From: Falsibacillus albus
Lineage (GTDB): Bacteria > Bacillota > Bacilli > Bacillales > DSM-25281
Assembly (NCBI RefSeq): GCF_003668575.1
Contig: NZ_RCVZ01000001.1
Location: 501,046 to 525,045, forward strand
Length of the DNA: 24,000 nt
Reading direction: 5' to 3'
The number at the start of each line of letters is the position of its first letter. Position 1 is the first letter of the stretch. A program made the position numbers and the translations under genes. Positions 14,790-24,000 of this stretch are shown here, in pieces. The notes beneath the pieces were generated by a model. The model did no database searches and was not told the DNA's origin. It worked only from the letters and a program-made list of their open reading frames with translations.

Positions 14790-15623
14790 ATGAAAGTAAA
14801 AAAACAACGAATAGATGTACTATTAGTAGATAGAGGGCTTTTTGAAACAAGGGAAAAAGCAAAGCGGGCTGTTATGGCGGGCATCGTCTACAGCAATGAA
14901 CTGCGGTTGGATAAACCGGGAGAAAAGGTGAATGAAGATATCCCGATAAACATTAAAGGGAGTACAATGCCTTATGTCAGCAGGGGTGGATTAAAACTTG
15001 AGAAGGCTTTAAAGGAATTCCAAGTGAATGTTGAAGGGAAAATCATGCTTGACATCGGATCTTCAACAGGAGGATTTACTGACTGCGCACTTCAAAACGG
15101 TGCTAAAATGTCATATGCACTTGATGTGGGCTATAACCAGCTTGCCTGGAAATTAAGACAGGATGAACGGGTCGTGGTGATGGAGAGGACCAATTTTAGA
15201 TATGTGACACCGGCAGACCTGGAAAAAGGGATGCCCGACTTTGCTACCATCGATGTTTCTTTTATATCCTTGAAATTGATCCTTCCTGTCTTGAAAACGT
15301 TATTAGTGCAAAATAGCGACATCATCGCTTTGATCAAGCCTCAATTTGAAGCTGGACGCGAACAGGTTGGAAAGAAAGGGATCGTCAGGGATCCCAAAAT
15401 CCATGAGCAAGTGATTGAAAAGATCATTACATTCGCTCAAAATGAAGGCTACAAAATCAAAAATCTGTCCTATTCGCCTATAACAGGCGGCGATGGGAAC
15501 ATTGAGTTTTTAGCACACTTATATTGGGGCGATTCGACTGAAGGTGTCCTTGAGAACCTTCCAGATAAGTTTGATGAAGTGGTCGAAGAGGCCCATAGGG
15601 AATTACAAAGCAAGGATAAATAA
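14790..15623 (+). CDS. tlyA: TlyA-family rRNA (cytidine-2'-O)-methyltransferase (YqxC-like; S4 plus FtsJ domains)
   Basis: It has an N-terminal S4-like segment (RIDVLLVDRGLFETREKAKRAVMAG) and a SAM-binding motif (LDIGSSTGGFTD). The position after dxs is conserved. Confidence 0.9.
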   Translation: MKVKKQRIDVLLVDRGLFETREKAKRAVMAGIVYSNELRLDKPGEKVNEDIPINIKGSTMPYVSRGGLKLEKALKEFQVNVEGKIMLDIGSSTGGFTDCALQNGAKMSYALDVGYNQLAWKLRQDERVVVMERTNFRYVTPADLEKGMPDFATIDVSFISLKLILPVLKTLLVQNSDIIALIKPQFEAGREQVGKKGIVRDPKIHEQVIEKIITFAQNEGYKIKNLSYSPITGGDGNIEFLAHLYWGDSTEGVLENLPDKFDEVVEEAHRELQSKDK

Positions 15624-15789
15624 AAGATGGATGAGCTTGTGCGTCTTGAATGTGTTCCTTCATTGGGGACCATTCAAGATTGTGCAGGCTTTTTCAGTGG
15701 AAAATTGTACTTTTCAAAAAAATAAGCTAACATGTATGTATATCCGAGCATAAATATACAAGTTAGTTGGGGGTCGGCATATACCGATG

Positions 15790-16239
15790 ATGAATAAAGG
15801 ACAGAGACATATAAAAATACGCGAAATCATTGCACACTATGAAATTGAGACACAGGACGATTTGGTGGATCATCTAAAGAATTTAGGATTTAACGTGACC
15901 CAGGCCACTGTCTCAAGGGATATTAAAGAACTTCACCTGGTAAAGGTCCCTTTAATGGATGGGCGCTATAAATACAGCTTGCCGGCAGACCAGAGGTTCA
16001 ATCCGCTGCAAAAGCTGAAAAGAACTTTGACAGATGCATTCATTACCATCGATTCGGCAGGTCATTTGCTTGTGATGAAGACACTTCCGGGCAATGCCAA
16101 TGCCATTGGTGCATTATTGGATAATCTGGATTGGGAGGAGATCCTCGGGACCATTTGCGGGGATGATACGTGTTTAATTATTTGTAAAACGGAAAAAGAT
16201 ACAGAAATTATCTCGCAAAGATTATTAGATATGCTGTAA
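15790..16239 (+). CDS. argR: Arginine repressor ArgR/AhrC
   Basis: [14 protein letters not shown]...[16 protein letters not shown]...GTICGDDT is near-identical to remembered B. subtilis AhrC. Confidence 0.94.
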   Translation: MNKGQRHIKIREIIAHYEIETQDDLVDHLKNLGFNVTQATVSRDIKELHLVKVPLMDGRYKYSLPADQRFNPLQKLKRTLTDAFITIDSAGHLLVMKTLPGNANAIGALLDNLDWEEILGTICGDDTCLIICKTEKDTEIISQRLLDML

Positions 16240-16256
16240 AGTGAGGCGAATTCTTA

Positions 16257-17954
16257 TTGCTACAGGAACTTTCAATTAAAAATTTTGCAATTATCGATGA
16301 ACTTTCCGTTTCTCTTGAAAAAGGATTGACGGTGCTTACTGGTGAAACGGGAGCTGGAAAATCGATCATCATTGATGCACTCCATTTGCTTGTGGGAGGC
16401 AGGGGTTCTTCTGAGTTTGTCCGACATGGCGAGAGAAAAGCTGAAATTGAGGGTTTATTTATCATTGAGGACCCAAATCATCCAATTTATAAGCGGGCTG
16501 ATGAATTTGGGATGGACATTGAAGATGGGATGGTCGTTTTAAGGCGGGATATCTCCAGTGCGGGAAAAAGTGTTTGCCGGGTGAACGGAAAGCTTGTAAC
16601 AATTGCAACGCTTCGTGAGATAGGCTCTTCGATCGTTGACATACACGGCCAGCATGAGCATCAGGAATTAATGAATGAGTCCCTTCATATGGCTTTATTG
16701 GACCAATATGGAGAAAAGAACATTTATCCTGCATTGCAAAGCTATCAGGAAATCTTTGCAGAGTATGACCACACTTCGAAAAGAATCAAGCAGCTAAGTG
16801 AAAATGAACAGCAAATGGCGCATCGTCTCGATCTCATCCAGTTCCAGCTGAATGAAATCCAGAATGCGGATTTAAGATTAAATGAAGATGAAGAGTTATT
16901 CGAAGAAAAACGAAAATTAATGAATTTCGAGAAGTTGTTTGAATCGATGCAAGCAAGCTACAATGCTCTGCAAGGCGAGCAGCGGGGCTTGGATTGGATC
17001 AGTTTGGTGATGGGGCATATCGAGGCCGCAGCAGAATTGGAATCAGACCTTTCTCCTGTACTTGAAGCGGTTACGAGCAGTTTCTATGCACTCGAAGATG
17101 CAACAAGGACCATCCGCAACCATTTGGATATATTGGAATTCAATCCAGAAAGACTGAATGACATCGAAGCCAGATTGAATGAAATCAATCAATTAAAAAG
17201 GAAATATGGCAGTACGATTGAAGAAATACTCGAGTACAGTTCCAAAATTGAAGAAGAGATTGATACCATTACAAACCGTGATAATCATGTACAGCAGCTT
17301 CAGCAAAAATTAATTTCGTTGGAAAAGGATTTGGCGCTTGAGGCGAATGAACTGAGCGATTTAAGGAGAAAATGGGCCAAAAAACTGCAAAATAGCATCC
17401 ATAAAGAGTTGAAACAATTGTATATGGACAAAACTGTTTTTGAAGTTAGGTTCAGTGAGGCAACTCCACATGCCAATCGCTTTAAAAAAGAAGGACAGGA
17501 CTCATTGGAATTTTACATTTCCACCAATCCGGGAGAACCGCTGAAGCCGCTATCCAAAGTGGCATCAGGTGGGGAACTGTCAAGGATGATGCTTGCGATG
17601 AAGACGATTTTTTCCAAGCATCAAGGAGTCACATCGATCATTTTTGACGAAGTGGATACCGGCGTAAGCGGCAGGGTGGCACAGGCAATCGCTGAAAAAA
17701 TTCATCAAGTCGCCGTCCATTCTCAAGTTTTATGTATTTCCCATTTGCCTCAAGTTGCTGCGATGGCGGATACACATCTTTATATTCGAAAAAAAATTAC
17801 CGGCGGCAGAACAAAGACAACGGTCACTTCATTGGATGATGAATCGAAAATCAAGGAAATCGGCAGGATGATATCTGGAGTGGAGATTACCGATTTAACG
17901 AAAAAACATGCCAAAGAATTGTTGGAGCTTGCTCATACAATCAAAATGACTTGA
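16257..17954 (+). CDS. recN: DNA repair protein RecN
   Basis: It has a Walker A motif (GETGAGKS), a coiled-coil middle, and the signature SGGELSR plus a Walker B motif (IIFDEVD). It aligns with remembered B. subtilis RecN. The TTG start lies 9 nt after a GTGAGG SD. Confidence 0.95.
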   Translation: MLQELSIKNFAIIDELSVSLEKGLTVLTGETGAGKSIIIDALHLLVGGRGSSEFVRHGERKAEIEGLFIIEDPNHPIYKRADEFGMDIEDGMVVLRRDISSAGKSVCRVNGKLVTIATLREIGSSIVDIHGQHEHQELMNESLHMALLDQYGEKNIYPALQSYQEIFAEYDHTSKRIKQLSENEQQMAHRLDLIQFQLNEIQNADLRLNEDEELFEEKRKLMNFEKLFESMQASYNALQGEQRGLDWISLVMGHIEAAAELESDLSPVLEAVTSSFYALEDATRTIRNHLDILEFNPERLNDIEARLNEINQLKRKYGSTIEEILEYSSKIEEEIDTITNRDNHVQQLQQKLISLEKDLALEANELSDLRRKWAKKLQNSIHKELKQLYMDKTVFEVRFSEATPHANRFKKEGQDSLEFYISTNPGEPLKPLSKVASGGELSRMMLAMKTIFSKHQGVTSIIFDEVDTGVSGRVAQAIAEKIHQVAVHSQVLCISHLPQVAAMADTHLYIRKKITGGRTKTTVTSLDDESKIKEIGRMISGVEITDLTKKHAKELLELAHTIKMT

Positions 17955-17987
17955 AAAGCTATCCATAATGGGTAGCTTTTTTTCTTT
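17954..17987 (+). terminator. Rho-independent terminator after recN
   Basis: AAAAGCTATCC (17954-17964) pairs with GGGTAGCTTTT (17970-17980), with one G-U pair, and is followed by a T-run. Confidence 0.7.
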
Positions 17988-18079
17988 TAATCCCTGTTAT
18001 AATTGCTTGCATTCAAGGCTAAATTAAGAGTGTAGCCAAAGAAGCGAGTGTGGATTAGAAGCGAGGAGAGTGTGGAATT

Positions 18080-19366
18080 TTGAAATGGGATCTTTTTAGA
18101 AAAACAATTGGTGGAATTCTCCTTGTTTCACTTATAGCAATAGGGTTTATCAAACCGATTCATGAATATATTGATCTCCCCAAGAATGTGACGATGTTCA
18201 GCGGCGAACACCAATCATTTGCTCAGCCCCAAGCTGTGACAGCTACAGTCATGAAGGGGGAGAATGTCGCGGTCACAACTGAAAATAAAGGGATTACAGT
18301 ACAAGCGCAAACAGCAGGCAAAAACGAAGTACTAATGGAATTTGCAGGATTTCCGATAAAAAAAGTCAATGTAAATGTTTTGAAAGATTTTAAAGTGATC
18401 CCTGGCGGCCAGTCAATCGGTGTGAAATTAAATACACTTGGAGTATTGGTTGTTGGACATCATTTAGTTTCAACAGAACAAGGAAAGCTATCCCCAGGGG
18501 AAGAAGCAGGCATCCAGGTTGGTGACATCATAACAAAAATCAATGGCAAAAAAATAAAAAATATGTCAGATGTAGCTCCATTTGTGCAAAGTGCAGGAGA
18601 AAGCGGGAAACCGCTTCATGTTTCCGTTCAGCGTGACCATACGGTGTTTAATACCGATTTAAAACCTTTGCAGGACAAATCCGAAAAATCCTATAAATTA
18701 GGATTATATATACGTGATTCTGCAGCAGGTATCGGAACCATGACATTTTATGATCCAAAATCCCATAAATATGGGGCATTGGGCCATGTCATTTCTGATA
18801 TGGATACCAAAAAGCCGATTGTTGTGGAAGATGGGCAAATTGTCAGATCGACCGTCACCTCGATTGAAAAGGGAAGCAATGGTAATCCCGGAGAAAAGCT
18901 GGCAAGGTTCTCTTCTGATCGTGAGATAATAGGGAATATTGTCAGAAACAGCCCATTTGGAATCTTTGGGAAGCTTCACCACGGGCTCGATAATGGATTA
19001 TTGGAAAAGCCAATGCCCATAGCTTTATCGAATCAGGTAAAAGAAGGACCGGCCCAAATATTGACGGTAGTAGACGGAGATCAAGTGGAAAAGTACGATA
19101 TTGAAATTGTCAGCACGATACCGCAGAAATTCCCGGCAACCAAAGGAATGGTCATTAAAGTCACCGATCCGAAGCTGCTGGCGAAAACTGGAGGAATCGT
19201 TCAGGGGATGAGCGGAAGTCCGATCATCCAAGACGGAAAATTAATCGGTGCTGTCACACATGTATTTGTAAATGACCCTACTTCGGGATATGGCGTCCAT
19301 ATCGAATGGATGCTCCATGAAGCAGGAATCGATATATATGGAAATGATGAACATAAAGCGAGCTGA
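18080..19366 (+). CDS. spoIVB: SpoIVB signalling serine peptidase (S55 family, PDZ domain)
   Basis: The 428-aa product has an N-terminal TM segment, a PDZ-like segment ([16 protein letters not shown]) and a catalytic region ([25 protein letters not shown]). The position between recN and spo0A is conserved. Confidence 0.92.
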   Translation: MKWDLFRKTIGGILLVSLIAIGFIKPIHEYIDLPKNVTMFSGEHQSFAQPQAVTATVMKGENVAVTTENKGITVQAQTAGKNEVLMEFAGFPIKKVNVNVLKDFKVIPGGQSIGVKLNTLGVLVVGHHLVSTEQGKLSPGEEAGIQVGDIITKINGKKIKNMSDVAPFVQSAGESGKPLHVSVQRDHTVFNTDLKPLQDKSEKSYKLGLYIRDSAAGIGTMTFYDPKSHKYGALGHVISDMDTKKPIVVEDGQIVRSTVTSIEKGSNGNPGEKLARFSSDREIIGNIVRNSPFGIFGKLHHGLDNGLLEKPMPIALSNQVKEGPAQILTVVDGDQVEKYDIEIVSTIPQKFPATKGMVIKVTDPKLLAKTGGIVQGMSGSPIIQDGKLIGAVTHVFVNDPTSGYGVHIEWMLHEAGIDIYGNDEHKAS

Positions 19367-19371
19367 TGATG

Positions 19372-19407
19372 AAAAGCCGGGTGAAATAATCTCGGCTTTT
19401 TATTTTG
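19372..19407 (+). terminator. Probable terminator after spoIVB (8-bp stem, 13-nt loop, T-run)
   Basis: AAAAGCCG (19372-19379) pairs with CGGCTTTT (19393-19400) and is followed by TATTTT. Confidence 0.5.
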
Positions 19408-19528
19408 CCGAGGCATACGGCGATATTTAGATGAGGCATCTTCAAGGTTTTTTTTGTGTAATTTTAAAATTTAACATGATACGACCTTACAATTCAAGAT
19501 TTTTTTGATAAAATATACATAAAGAAAA

Positions 19529-19660
19529 TTCGACAAATGCATAATGAATTACTCGAATAACGTCGAAAATAGAAGTAATTAAAAGAAAAACAAAGGATTT
19601 ATATATTTTTTTAGATTTTTTTAAAAAATGAGAGGATTTTCGGTTGCATTGTCGAAATTG
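19529..19660 (+). promoter_or_regulatory. spo0A control region: 0A-box-like motifs and a candidate sigma-H promoter
   Basis: The 0A-box-like motifs are TTCGACA at 19529-19535 (inverted), cGTCGAA at 19561-19567 and a perfect TGTCGAA at 19650-19656. The candidate sigma-H elements are AGGATTT (19633-19639), a 14-nt spacer and GAAAT (19654-19658). Confidence 0.5.
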
Positions 19661-19725
19661 TCATTTACAATAATATTTAGACGAATATAAATATAGATCT
19701 TTATGAATTGAGGAGGAAACCTGTA

Positions 19726-20511
19726 GTGAAGAAGATAAAAGTTTGCATTGTGGATGATAATCGTGAATTGGTCGGCTTATTAGATGAGTACATTGCCTCT
19801 TTGGATGATATGGAAGTAGTTGGTGTTGCACACAATGGACAAGAATGCCTGCAGCTGTTGGAAGAAGTGAAACCTGATGTCCTTGTTTTGGATATCATCA
19901 TGCCCCATCTGGATGGATTGGCAGTTCTTGAAAAACTTAAGGAAAATCCTCGTTCATCTGTACCTAATGTCATTATGCTTACCGCATTTGGACAGGAAGA
20001 TGTCACGAAAAAAGCGGTTGAGCTTGGAGCTTCTTATTTTATTTTGAAACCTTTTGACATGGACAATTTAGCAAATCATATTCGTCAAGTCAGCGGAAGT
20101 TCTAATCCGATCATCAAAAAGTCTTCTTCAATGAAAAGCCACTCTGAACAAAAACCAAGGAATTTGGATGCCAGCATTACCAGCATCATTCATGAAATTG
20201 GGGTCCCTGCTCATATTAAAGGGTATTTATATTTAAGAGAAGCCATCTCAATGGTTTATAACGATATCGAATTGCTTGGTTCAATTACGAAGGTTCTCTA
20301 TCCTGATATCGCAAAGAAATACAATACAACGGCAAGCCGTGTAGAAAGAGCGATCAGACATGCAATCGAAGTAGCTTGGAGCAGGGGGAACATCGATTCA
20401 ATTTCTTCCCTATTCGGCTATACGGTTTCCATGTCAAAAGCCAAGCCGACAAACAGCGAGTTCATTGCCATGGTGGCAGACAAGCTTCGTCTGGAGCATA
20501 AAGCTTCTTGA
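19726..20511 (+). CDS. spo0A: Sporulation master regulator Spo0A (response regulator)
   Basis: It is near-identical to remembered B. subtilis Spo0A across the receiver and DNA-binding domains (..[61 protein letters not shown]). The GTG at 19726 lies 9 nt after an AGGAGG SD (19711-19716), and the track start TTG 19708 overlaps that SD. Confidence 0.97.
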   Translation: MKKIKVCIVDDNRELVGLLDEYIASLDDMEVVGVAHNGQECLQLLEEVKPDVLVLDIIMPHLDGLAVLEKLKENPRSSVPNVIMLTAFGQEDVTKKAVELGASYFILKPFDMDNLANHIRQVSGSSNPIIKKSSSMKSHSEQKPRNLDASITSIIHEIGVPAHIKGYLYLREAISMVYNDIELLGSITKVLYPDIAKKYNTTASRVERAIRHAIEVAWSRGNIDSISSLFGYTVSMSKAKPTNSEFIAMVADKLRLEHKAS

Positions 20512-20545
20512 AAGAGTGAGAATCAATAAAATATGATTGCAGCAT

Positions 20546-20610
20546 ATGCCCAGGAGGTCCATGGAATTGGCGAAAGTATTTTGCCGATTGGTGGTGCTGG
20601 GCATTTTTTA
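20546..20610 (+). terminator. Possible spo0A terminator: 8-bp closing stem around a 43-nt interior, followed by a T-run
   Basis: ATGCCCAG (20546-20553) pairs with CTGGGCAT (20597-20604) and is followed by TTTTT. Confidence 0.45.
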
Positions 20611-20705
20611 TTGGGACAGATAGGCATAATATATGAAAAATTCTCCGAATACTCTGTAATTGCTTTATACTGGTATGGAAAGAAAAATATGAAAGGGTCG
20701 GCAAA

Positions 20706-22250
20706 GTGAAAATTCATCATAATGATTATTTTTCAATTGATACAATTAACAACGATGTATTGATCACTGTCCAAAAAACAGGGTATCCTCTCTCTGCCTT
20801 CAATAATGTTCTGATGGAATTCCCGAGGATAGCCTTGGAAGATTTTCTATCCCTGAAAACGGCAATCACCAAGGCTGACTGCACCCAGCAAAGAATAGGT
20901 TCTTTGAAGGAAGAAGCCGAATGTTGGATCGAAGAGGATGAAATGATTGCATCTATTCAAGTGAATATGACCGAAAAGGATTATATTGAAAAAAAGGAAA
21001 GCATACAAACCAAAATCAATGAAATGCTTGCTGCAAAAGGAGTCGTTTTCGGGATTATGGAGGAAGCAATAGCAGGGCTGTCACCGATGAAGAAAATAAT
21101 AGCAGCAAAGGGTAAGGATGCAGTCCAAGGAAGCAATGCATCCATTTCATACAAGGAAAGACCGGAAAGAAAGCCGACGATCACTGCAGAAGGCAAAGCG
21201 GACTATTTTGATATGAATTTTTTGACGGAAGTAAAGGAAGGGGATTGCTTAGGAAAAAAAACACGTCCTACAAAAGGGGAATCCGGAAAGACTGTTATCG
21301 GTAGAGAAATACCGGGGCCTTCTGGAAAAGATCAAGAGTTTGTTTATGATAAGAAAACGATTGAACTTATCGATGAAGGTGAGAATTCATATTTGATTGC
21401 AAAGGTGAACGGTGTTTTGGAGTTCATCAATGGTAAAATTTCTGTCGGTCCTCATTTAATCATTGAGGGGGATGTCGGCTATGAAACGGGAAATATTGAA
21501 TTTGATGGTACGGTTACGATAAAAGGGACGGTTCAGCGCGGCTTTTCAGTGAAAGCTTCTAAGGATATAGCCGTCCATGGCGAGCTTGGGATTAGTGGAT
21601 GTGACCTGATTGAATCATACGATGGAGATGTATTTATTAAAGGAGGGCTCTTTGGAAGCGGAATTTCAAAGGTTGTAGCTGCACATAATATTTTCATCAA
21701 GCATGCCCATGAGTCCACAATGGTTGCCGGGGAAGACATCAGAATAGGCTACAGTGGAATCGGATGCATGATCATAGGGAAAAATGTTTTAGCTGATCAT
21801 AAAAAAGGGAAAATCATTGGTGGTGTCATTGAAGCAGAGGGAAAAGTGATTTCTGGAACGATTGGGAATAAGACAGAGATGAAAACGAATATTATTGTAA
21901 AAGGCTTCGATCGTTCAGAGGTGATAAGCAAAGTAAAGGATTATCGAAATCGTCAGAAAAAAGCCGAGCTTGCTCTAAAGGATGCAAGGAATGAACTTGC
22001 CCGTGCAGCAAAAACCGGCGCACATTCGTTACATAAGCTTATTTCGGAAATAGCAGATGAGATGGAACAAAACAACCGTGAAATCAAATCCCTGCTTTCC
22101 CTTTTGGACACGAAAGGAGAAGGGGAAATAACTGCGTTTCACGGTATGTTCCCCCAAACCTATATTCAAATCAAGTCTGCAAGAAAACTGATAAAAATGA
22201 TGACAAGAGGGACAGTTTATTTAAAAGAACATTCATTAAATTTTCTATAG
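20706..22250 (+). CDS. FapA/DUF342 family protein (beta-helix repeat region followed by a coiled coil)
   Basis: The central region GDVGYETGNIEFDGTVTIKGTVQRGFSVKASKDIAVHGEL...KGKIIGGVIEAEGKVISGTIGNKTEMKTNIIV has the pattern I associate with PF03961-type proteins, and a C-terminal coiled coil follows. It has a GTG start with a weak SD. The family call is from memory of the motif pattern only. Confidence 0.65.
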   Translation: MKIHHNDYFSIDTINNDVLITVQKTGYPLSAFNNVLMEFPRIALEDFLSLKTAITKADCTQQRIGSLKEEAECWIEEDEMIASIQVNMTEKDYIEKKESIQTKINEMLAAKGVVFGIMEEAIAGLSPMKKIIAAKGKDAVQGSNASISYKERPERKPTITAEGKADYFDMNFLTEVKEGDCLGKKTRPTKGESGKTVIGREIPGPSGKDQEFVYDKKTIELIDEGENSYLIAKVNGVLEFINGKISVGPHLIIEGDVGYETGNIEFDGTVTIKGTVQRGFSVKASKDIAVHGELGISGCDLIESYDGDVFIKGGLFGSGISKVVAAHNIFIKHAHESTMVAGEDIRIGYSGIGCMIIGKNVLADHKKGKIIGGVIEAEGKVISGTIGNKTEMKTNIIVKGFDRSEVISKVKDYRNRQKKAELALKDARNELARAAKTGAHSLHKLISEIADEMEQNNREIKSLLSLLDTKGEGEITAFHGMFPQTYIQIKSARKLIKMMTRGTVYLKEHSLNFL

Positions 22251-22264
22251 AGGGAAGGATTTGA

Positions 22265-22993
22265 ATGACACAAATATTTGCTCATAGAGGATCGGCGGGC
22301 ACGCATCCTGAAAATACAATGCAATCATTTTTTGAAGCTGAAAAAGTAAATGCTGATGGCATTGAATTGGACGTTCAGCTCTCAAAAGATGGTGAAGTCG
22401 TGGTTATTCATGATGAAACGCTTGAGAGAACCACCAATGGGAAAGGATTTGTCAAAGACTTCAATTTAAATGAATTAAAGAAACTGGATGCCAGCTACAA
22501 GTTTAAAACCTTCTTGAAAAAACCAACAATCCCATCATTGCGTGAGGTTTTGGAGTGGTTGACTGGGAATGGCCTTTTGTGCAACATCGAGCTGAAGAAC
22601 GGTGTTTTTCCATATCCGTCATTGGAGGAAAAAGTCATTTCACTTGTAAGGGAATATCAGTTGGAAGATAGAATAATCATTTCTTCTTTCAATCATTATT
22701 CCATTGTTTATTGTTACCGTCTCGCTCCGGAAATCCAGATTGCACCGCTTTACTCGGAAGGATTATTCATGCCGTGGGTATATGCCAAGTCAATCCATGC
22801 AGGTGCGATCCATCCTAAATTAAGGGCAGCACCCGATGAAATCATCCTATCATCAATGGAAAATGGGGTTGCCGTGAGACCGTATACGGTCAATAAAAAA
22901 GACGATATGCTGCGGCTTTTTCAAATCAACTGCTCAGCCATCATTACTGATTATCCAGCGAAGGCAATTGAATTAAGAGATGGAGTTTCCTAA
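22265..22993 (+). CDS. yqiK: Glycerophosphodiester phosphodiesterase (GDPD family, YqiK-like)
   Basis: It has the GDPD motifs HRG..PENT, ELDVQLSKDG and VIHDETLERTTNG. Its synteny position between spo0A and bkdR matches B. subtilis yqiK. Confidence 0.88.
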   Translation: MTQIFAHRGSAGTHPENTMQSFFEAEKVNADGIELDVQLSKDGEVVVIHDETLERTTNGKGFVKDFNLNELKKLDASYKFKTFLKKPTIPSLREVLEWLTGNGLLCNIELKNGVFPYPSLEEKVISLVREYQLEDRIIISSFNHYSIVYCYRLAPEIQIAPLYSEGLFMPWVYAKSIHAGAIHPKLRAAPDEIILSSMENGVAVRPYTVNKKDDMLRLFQINCSAIITDYPAKAIELRDGVS

Positions 22994-23018
22994 GCATGAT
23001 TGCGATGGACCCGGTATC

Positions 23019-23090
23019 AAAAAAAGACTGATTGGAAAAACAATGCCTGGCGAGAGGCAGTTCGTTTTTCCAATCAGTCTGCTTTTTTTT
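23019..23090. terminator. Bidirectional rho-independent terminator between convergent yqiK and the yqzF-like gene
   Basis: A 17-bp stem pairs AGACTGATTGGAAAAAC (23025-23041) with GTTTTTCCAATCAGTCT (23064-23080). An A-run (23019-23024) and a T-run (23083-23090) flank it. Confidence 0.8.
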
Positions 23091-23328
23091 ATCCCTTCTT
23101 TTTAAACCTATCCTGAACCTTATTGCGCTTCCGGTCGCGATAAAATATGAAGCCTGCAATAAAACTTAATCCTCCCAAAAAGAAGATCAACCCAGTCAGG
23201 AATTGCAGCCATAAAAACGGAAAAGGGTCCTGCAGGATGCCGAACGTCATGTCGCGCATAAGTTTAACACCAAGCACTGCTGCGATTCCGGGTATCACCA
23301 TTATTAGTAATGCAAAAATACGAATCAT
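23089..23328 (-). CDS. Small 2-TM membrane protein (YqzF/DUF2627-like)
   Basis: The 79-aa product has two hydrophobic helices and a basic C-terminal tail (RDRKRNKVQDRFKKKG). An AGGAG SD lies 7 nt upstream of the ATG at 23328; the track's TTG at 23331 is too close to the SD. The position next to bkdR matches B. subtilis yqzF (from memory). Confidence 0.65.
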   Translation of the reverse strand: MIRIFALLIMVIPGIAAVLGVKLMRDMTFGILQDPFPFLWLQFLTGLIFFLGGLSFIAGFIFYRDRKRNKVQDRFKKKG

Positions 23329-23379
23329 CAAATTTCTCCTTTATGTGCATTCAAAAAAATCATATCTCATGAGCAAAAT

Positions 23380-23408
23380 TTGTCAAGTGAGTGATTTTTA
23401 GATAAAAT
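23380..23408 (+). promoter_or_regulatory. Candidate sigma-A promoter for the bkdR-like gene (TTGTCA-17-TAAAAT)
   Basis: The -35 TTGTCA is at 23380-23385 and the -10 TAAAAT at 23403-23408. Confidence 0.45.
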
Positions 23409-23458
23409 TAAAAGGTATGAAAGATTTTGCACTTCTTTGATGCAAAGGAGGAAAAGAT

Positions 23459-24000
23459 TTGCAGGGAGTCCTAATTGTAGGCGCAGGAAAAGGCGGAATG
23501 GCCATTTTGAAAATATTGAAAGAATCTTCTGCACTGAAGGTGATTGCCGTCATCGACCCTAATGAAAATGCGCCTGGAATGATCTTTGCTAAAAATGAAG
23601 GCATCCAAACCGGAACAGATTGGTCATTATTTCTGGATGAATCAATCGATATTATCATCGAGGTTACTGGTAATCAAGATGTGTTCAGGCAAATTCGGGA
23701 TGCAAGAAGCAAAGACACTGTCTTGATCCCGGGCAGTGTGGCATATTTAATCGCTACTCTGCTGGATGAGAAGGAAGAATTGATAAACAAATTAACCAAT
23801 CAGTCATACTTTCATGACTTGATTTTTAATTCGACTGATGATGGTATGGTGGTCATCGATAATAATGAAATGGTGATCTTATTCAATCGCAGTGCAGAAC
23901 GGATGGTGGGCATAAAGCAGGGAGATGCTCTCGGCAAGCATGTGTTCGACGTTATTCCGACAAGCCAGCTGCCTCGTATTTTGGAAACGAGGCGAATGGA
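23459..24000 (+). CDS. bkdR: Sigma-54-dependent transcriptional activator with PAS domain, BkdR-like; N-terminal 180 codons (3' end outside window)
   Basis: This ORF is not in the track because it runs off the window. It has a TTG start 7 nt after a GGAGG SD (23447-23451). My hand translation MQGVLIVGAGKGGMAILKIL..IIIEVTG..VLIPGSVAYLIATLLDEKEELI..DDGMVVID aligns with the remembered B. subtilis BkdR N-terminus (MKKVLIVGAGKGGTALLDLI..). Confidence 0.8.
   Translation, partial: MQGVLIVGAGKGGMAILKILKESSALKVIAVIDPNENAPGMIFAKNEGIQTGTDWSLFLDESIDIIIEVTGNQDVFRQIRDARSKDTVLIPGSVAYLIATLLDEKEELINKLTNQSYFHDLIFNSTDDGMVVIDNNEMVILFNRSAERMVGIKQGDALGKHVFDVIPTSQLPRILETRRM

Noticed and set aside
15644-15700. A 9-bp inverted repeat (TCTTGAATG 15644-15652 with CATTCAAGA 15673-15681) upstream of argR, considered as an ARG box or a terminator
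   Set aside because: The TGAAT and ATTCA halves are 20 nt apart, so this is not an 18-bp ARG-box palindrome. The T-run (15690-15694) is separated from the stem by 8 nt, so it is at best a weak terminator.
18000-18079. A sigma-F/sigma-G promoter for spoIVB (GCATT at about 18009-18013)
   Set aside because: I could not find a correctly spaced -10 element matching either consensus by eye, so the evidence is too weak to annotate.
20552-20623. A 20-codon mini-ORF (MELAKVFCRLVVLGIFYWDR) with an AGGAGG SD inside the putative spo0A terminator hairpin
   Set aside because: The SD-to-ATG spacing is only 3 nt and the ORF lies inside a terminator-like structure. There is no independent support, so it is most likely fortuitous.
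732-22000. The many remaining minus-strand ORFs of 60-144 aa inside spoIIIAD-AH, accC, yqhY, xseA, ispA, dxs, tlyA, recN, spoIVB, spo0A and the FapA gene
   Set aside because: Each is fully nested antisense or out of frame within a gene that has strong homology. None has an SD or a recognisable domain, so they are typical shadow ORFs.
23147-23658. Track ORFs 23147-23401 (+) and 23398-23658 (-)
   Set aside because: The first is antisense to the YqzF-like gene. The second is antisense to the BkdR-like gene, which has an SD, a TTG start and strong N-terminal homology.

Overview
This window is a chromosomal core region of an endospore-forming Bacillaceae. It is colinear with the B. subtilis spoIIIA / accBC / nusB / xseAB / ispA / dxs / argR / recN / spoIVB / spo0A / bkdR neighbourhood, which I recognised from memory of the B. 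subtilis orthologues; no search was run. Every convincing gene is on the + strand except one small membrane-protein gene at 23089-23328. Most minus-strand and out-of-frame ORFs in the supplied track are shadows of these genes.

Two segments are not explained by ordinary CDS annotation:

1. **Tandem repeat array, 6809-8125.** It has about 26 perfectly phased 51-bp units with 357-bp and 153-bp higher-order repeats, and lies between the yqhY terminator and nusB. One + frame (the 495-aa track ORF) and the codon-aligned antisense frame are both open across it. Neither has a convincing start. A textbook SD+ATG on the minus strand faces into the array but is exactly 1 nt out of frame. I know of no described element of this form at this locus, and it is the best candidate for something new.

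2. **ORF-free, helix-rich segment of about 600 nt, ~11630-12235.** It lies between ispA and a small four-TM membrane-protein gene that precedes dxs. This is the hallmark context of OLE RNA and its partner OapA, a known but functionally enigmatic RNP that CDS-only annotation misses.

Smaller observations:
- spoIIIAD probably uses a non-canonical ATT start.
- A perfect 16-bp palindrome overlaps the accB promoter -35.
- folD and yqhV are absent from their usual positions.
- The spo0A upstream region carries 0A boxes and a sigma-H-like promoter.
- A FapA/DUF342 gene sits where B. subtilis has yqiGHI.
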